Assembly: GCA_050246595.1 (NCBI GenBank)
Contig: JBFWVT010000021.1
Coordinates: 822-64,821 of the forward strand
From: Alphaproteobacteria bacterium
GTDB lineage: Bacteria > Pseudomonadota > Alphaproteobacteria > ATCC43930 > CGMCC-115725
DNA length: 64,000 nucleotides
Reading direction: 5' to 3'
In this document: positions 61,596 to 64,000 of the stretch, piece by piece
How positions within the stretch are numbered: the stretch's first letter is position 1
Layout: each line of letters opens with the position of its first letter
The notes under the pieces: generated by a model
Told to the model about the DNA's origin: nothing
Seen by the model: only the letters and a program-made list of their open reading frames with translations
Databases searched by the model: none
Program-made: the position numbers and the translations under genes

Positions 61596-62537
61596 TTATT
61601 TCGCCGCTTGCGGCTTTTCGCGGATCGTCTTCGCGATCTCCTTCTGCCGGTCGAACTCGGCGCGGCGGCGCGCGATTTCCTCCGGCGACAGTCGCGCGAT
61701 ATTCGAGAAATCGAGCTTCCACCCAGGGTCTGCGCTCCAGCGCAGCGGCGACTGCACGGTCGTGCGCGGCACCGGCGCCGCCTCAAGCACTCTTAGCGCA
61801 AGCTCCAGCGTAAACGCCTGCGATTCCGGGTCATGCGGCTTGCCGGCCGGGTTGCCGAGCGGGAAGTCGCTGAACAGAAAGCGCGGCACGCCGACATATT
61901 CGACAATGTCCTTGGCGCAGCCCATGACGATGGTCGGGATGCCGTTCTCTTCGAGGTGACGGGCGGCCAGACTCACGGTCTGGTGGCACACCGGTCAAAC
62001 CGCGACAATGACAACCGCGTCTACCCCGTCCTCGCGCACCCGCTTCAACAGTTCCGGGCAATCCCGGTGCAGGGTCGCGCGGTGGCTGCGGTCGGTCGGC
62101 GCTCCGTGAAAGCGCGGCGCGACCTCGCCGATCCGCTCGGTCTCCGACAGCCGCCGCAGGGCCGGCAGAGGAAACCACGTGTTGCTGTCCTCGGCCGTCG
62201 TATGCGTGCGGTCGTACCCGATATGCGAGATGCGCAGATCGTGGTCGCGATCGGTCTCGCCGGAATAGACCCGGTAGAATTTGGCGGCGCCGTTATACGA
62301 CGCACCCGGCCCCTGGTCGCCCTTGTCCGGCTGGTACGGCGCCGCCGTCGTAATCAGCCCGATGCAGCTCTCGGCCAGCGGTTTCTTGAGTGGCGCAAAC
62401 GGCACCTCGGCGTAATGCGCCCAGCGATACGGCGCGCCGTAGCCAAGCGTCTGGTAATACTCGCGTATCCGCGTCATATACGGGATCGGCGCGTCGTGCT
62501 CCGGCGCAAAGCCAAATTCGTCTTTGTCATCACTCAT
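61596..62537 (-). CDS. GrdB/PrdB-family (glycine/sarcosine/betaine or D-proline reductase B-like) protein; candidate selenoprotein with TGA 61995-61997 read as Sec
   Basis: ORFs 61995..62537 and 61596..61991 share one frame, separated only by TGA plus a Pro codon. The joined 313-residue product reads ...VDAVVIVAV-U-PVCHQTVSLAARHLEENGIPTIVMGCAKDIVEYVGVPRFLFSDFPLGNPAG. A SECIS-like hairpin follows the TGA. Confidence 0.6.
61962..61992 (-). promoter_or_regulatory. Candidate bacterial SECIS hairpin
   Basis: The mRNA after UGA reads CCGGUGUGCCA-CCAGAC-CGUGA-GUCUGG-CCGCC. The upper stem is 6 bp (61967-61983) with a 5-nt loop containing GU, which starts 18 nt after UGA. The lower stem is GGUG/CGCC plus G-C, with a bulged U. 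Confidence 0.5.
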
Positions 62538-62751
62538 CGTGTTGACTTTCCTCCTTCACGATCAGATCGATTGCCGCGAGCCAATCGGTCCAGGCGGCGG
62601 GATCGGCGGGCCTGCGGTCGCTCTGGACGAGCTGGATATCCCCCAGAACATCCCCGAGTTCTGCCGTGCCATTTGTACGACGATAATATTCGTCGAGAAA
62701 GACGAACATGGCTTCGAAAGCCTGTTCCGGCGACAACGATCGATCCTTCAT
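62530..62751 (-). CDS. Small acidic protein, immunity/antitoxin-like (uncharacterised)
   Basis: 73 aa: MKDRSLSPEQAFEAMFVFLDEYYRRTNGTAELGDVLGDIQLVQSDRRPADPAAWTDWLAAIDLIVKEESQHDE. Its ATG overlaps the stop of the upstream gene (ATGA), and its stop overlaps the GrdB-like start by 8 nt. Confidence 0.4.
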   Translation of the reverse strand: MKDRSLSPEQAFEAMFVFLDEYYRRTNGTAELGDVLGDIQLVQSDRRPADPAAWTDWLAAIDLIVKEESQHDE

Positions 62752-63035
62752 CTCGGCAGCCTCTCGCGCGCGATAGGATTAATTCCACCATTCACAATTT
62801 TGCCGTTGCGAACGCGTGCCCAAATTTGAGTGCCATCGGCGAGTGTCTCGGCATACCAGTCATTGCCGGCACGGTCGGTCCCGAGGAAGTTTGTCGGTTT
62901 GCTCACCACCTGAAGCAGCCGTTGCCTGTTCGCTTCTGTGTCGTCACGAAAATGGCCCTCCGCATTACGAAAAATATGGTGCGCTCTACCTTCATCAATC
63001 GTAGCCTCGGGCGCTTGGGATGGCAGCAGCCTCAT
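62748..63035 (-). CDS. Small protein resembling a free-standing polymorphic-toxin C-terminal domain (uncharacterised)
   Basis: Start at ATG 63035, overlapping the cupin stop (ATGA), 95 aa: MRLLPSQAPEATIDEGRAHHIFRNAEGHFRDDTEANRQRLL...DGTQIWARVRNGKIVNGGINP. The ORF-track GTG start at 63170 would overlap the cupin gene by 139 nt. Confidence 0.35.
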   Translation of the reverse strand: MRLLPSQAPEATIDEGRAHHIFRNAEGHFRDDTEANRQRLLQVVSKPTNFLGTDRAGNDWYAETLADGTQIWARVRNGKIVNGGINPIARERLPR

Positions 63036-63427
63036 CCCGCCTTGAAGTACGCAACATCCTCCGGCCGCGGCTTCCAGTCCGGGTTGCTTGGCCATTCTTT
63101 TGTGCGGCCGGAAAATTCGCTGCCGTAGCGCACGCGGAACAGCAGCGTTCGCCTGGGTCCGGTATTCCACTCGTGCAATTCGCCCGGCGGGTGCACGACA
63201 AACGATCCCGGCGCGACCTCGACCGTCTCGGTCGGCGTCTTCATCGTGCCGCCGCCCTCAAAGCAGAAATAGATTTCGGTTGCGTGCGGGTGGCAGTGAT
63301 ACGGGCTGACCTGTCCCGGCTCCCAGCACGCCACCGTCACATCGCCCTCGGCGATCCGGCCGAGCACGCGCTCGACATGCTTTTTCGGGTCGAATTTTTC
63401 CTCGGCCTTCAGATTGAAACAGTGCAT
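63032..63427 (-). CDS. Cupin-domain protein
   Basis: 131 aa. Cupin motifs SPYHCHPHATEIYFCFEG and FVVHPPGELHEWNTG. Confidence 0.75.
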   Translation of the reverse strand: MHCFNLKAEEKFDPKKHVERVLGRIAEGDVTVACWEPGQVSPYHCHPHATEIYFCFEGGGTMKTPTETVEVAPGSFVVHPPGELHEWNTGPRRTLLFRVRYGSEFSGRTKEWPSNPDWKPRPEDVAYFKAG

Positions 63428-63459
63428 CGCGTCACCTCGACTTATTCGGAATAAGAACC

Positions 63460-63500
63460 CCCACCCTAACCCTCCCCCGCTTGCGGGAGAGGGAAATGGC
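63460..63500. repeat. REP hairpin
   Basis: cccccaccctaaccctcccccgcttgcgggagaggg, between the acyl-CoA synthetase 3' end and the cupin gene. Confidence 0.6.
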
Positions 63501-63509
63501 GCAATCCAC

Positions 63510-64000
63510 TCACGCGGTGGCGCGCTCGCGCACGCCGAGTTCGGCGATCATCCGCTCGCGCATGACGAATTTCTGCACCTTTCCGGTCACGGTCAGCGGA
63601 AACGCATCGACAAAGCGGATATGCTGCGGAATCTTGTAATGCGCGATCCGGCCCTCGCAGAACGCGCGCAATTCGTCGGCCGTCACGTGCTCGCCGGCGC
63701 GCAAGGTGACCCAGGCGCAGAGTTCCTCGCCGTAGCGCTCGTCGGGCACGCCAAACACCTGCACGTCCCGGATCTTTGGATGGCGATACAGAAACTCCTC
63801 GATCTCGCGCGGGTAGACGTTCTCGCCGCCGCGGATCACCATGTCCTTGAGGCGGCCGACGATGTTGCAATAGCCCTCGTCGTCGATCGTCGCCAGATCG
63901 CCGGTATGCATCCAGCGCGCCCGGTCGATCGCCTCCGCGGTGCGCTCCGGGTCGTCCCAATAGCCGAGCATCACCGAATAGCCGCGCGTGCATAGCTCGC
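63510..64000 (-). CDS. AMP-dependent acyl-CoA synthetase/ligase, C-terminal part (gene continues past window end)
   Basis: ...[59 protein letters not shown]...VTGKVQKF, the typical ANL-superfamily C-terminal domain. Confidence 0.88.
   Translation of the reverse strand, partial: ELCTRGYSVMLGYWDDPERTAEAIDRARWMHTGDLATIDDEGYCNIVGRLKDMVIRGGENVYPREIEEFLYRHPKIRDVQVFGVPDERYGEELCAWVTLRAGEHVTADELRAFCEGRIAHYKIPQHIRFVDAFPLTVTGKVQKFVMRERMIAELGVRERATA

Noticed and set aside
62748-63170. 140-aa version of the toxin-like ORF starting at GTG 63170
   Set aside because: It would overlap the cupin gene by 139 nt in another frame. The internal ATG at 63035 forms an ATGA junction with the cupin stop, matching the coupling pattern of the rest of the operon.

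Overview
High-GC chromosomal segment; hand counts of 60-nt lines give about 68% GC in core genes. Gene content and order look alphaproteobacterial. The REP-type hairpins resemble those I associate with Hyphomicrobiales/Bradyrhizobiaceae-like genomes, but that is inference only. Core content, left to right: an aminotransferase fragment; serB; the conserved hflK-hflC-DUF2065-degP block; apbC/mrp; mtnA; HMG-CoA lyase; an epimerase; maiA-ctpA; mepA; a complete Dpp/Opp-type ABC importer with two tandem binding proteins; an orphan AAA+ ATPase; an SDR; recX; an MFS pump; two further orphan binding proteins; threonine aldolase; an orphan soxB; and Tat-dependent phoX. Then comes an almost complete, very compact dcw cell-division/cell-wall cluster on the minus strand (mraZ-rsmH-ftsL-ftsI-murE-mraY-murD-ftsW-murG-murC-murB-ftsQ-ftsA-ftsZ). 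RNase P RNA (rnpB) lies just upstream of it, followed by a D-aminoacylase-family gene and an acyl-CoA synthetase fragment. Four short low-GC patches (about 40-53% in sampled lines) and several dispersed repeat families interrupt this core. Items most worth a second look: (1) a GrdB/PrdB-family gene split by a single in-frame TGA that gives a U-P-V-C motif and is followed by a SECIS-like hairpin, so a candidate selenoprotein; (2) that gene is the last member of a four-gene, start/stop-overlapping operon (cupin, toxin-like, immunity-like, GrdB-like); (3) an AbrB-type VapB antitoxin followed by a low-GC predicted PD-(D/E)xK nuclease instead of a PIN toxin; (4) the dcw cluster cleanly lacks both murF and ddl; (5) two adjacent PEP-CTERM proteins, one in a roughly 40% GC patch, with no exosortase in the window; (6) direct repeats bracketing a vapBC cassette and a low-GC orphan cassette. 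No tRNA, rRNA, CRISPR array, transposase or integrase was found. Start codons were refined by hand, and many long ORF-track entries are antisense or upstream-extension artefacts of the high GC content.
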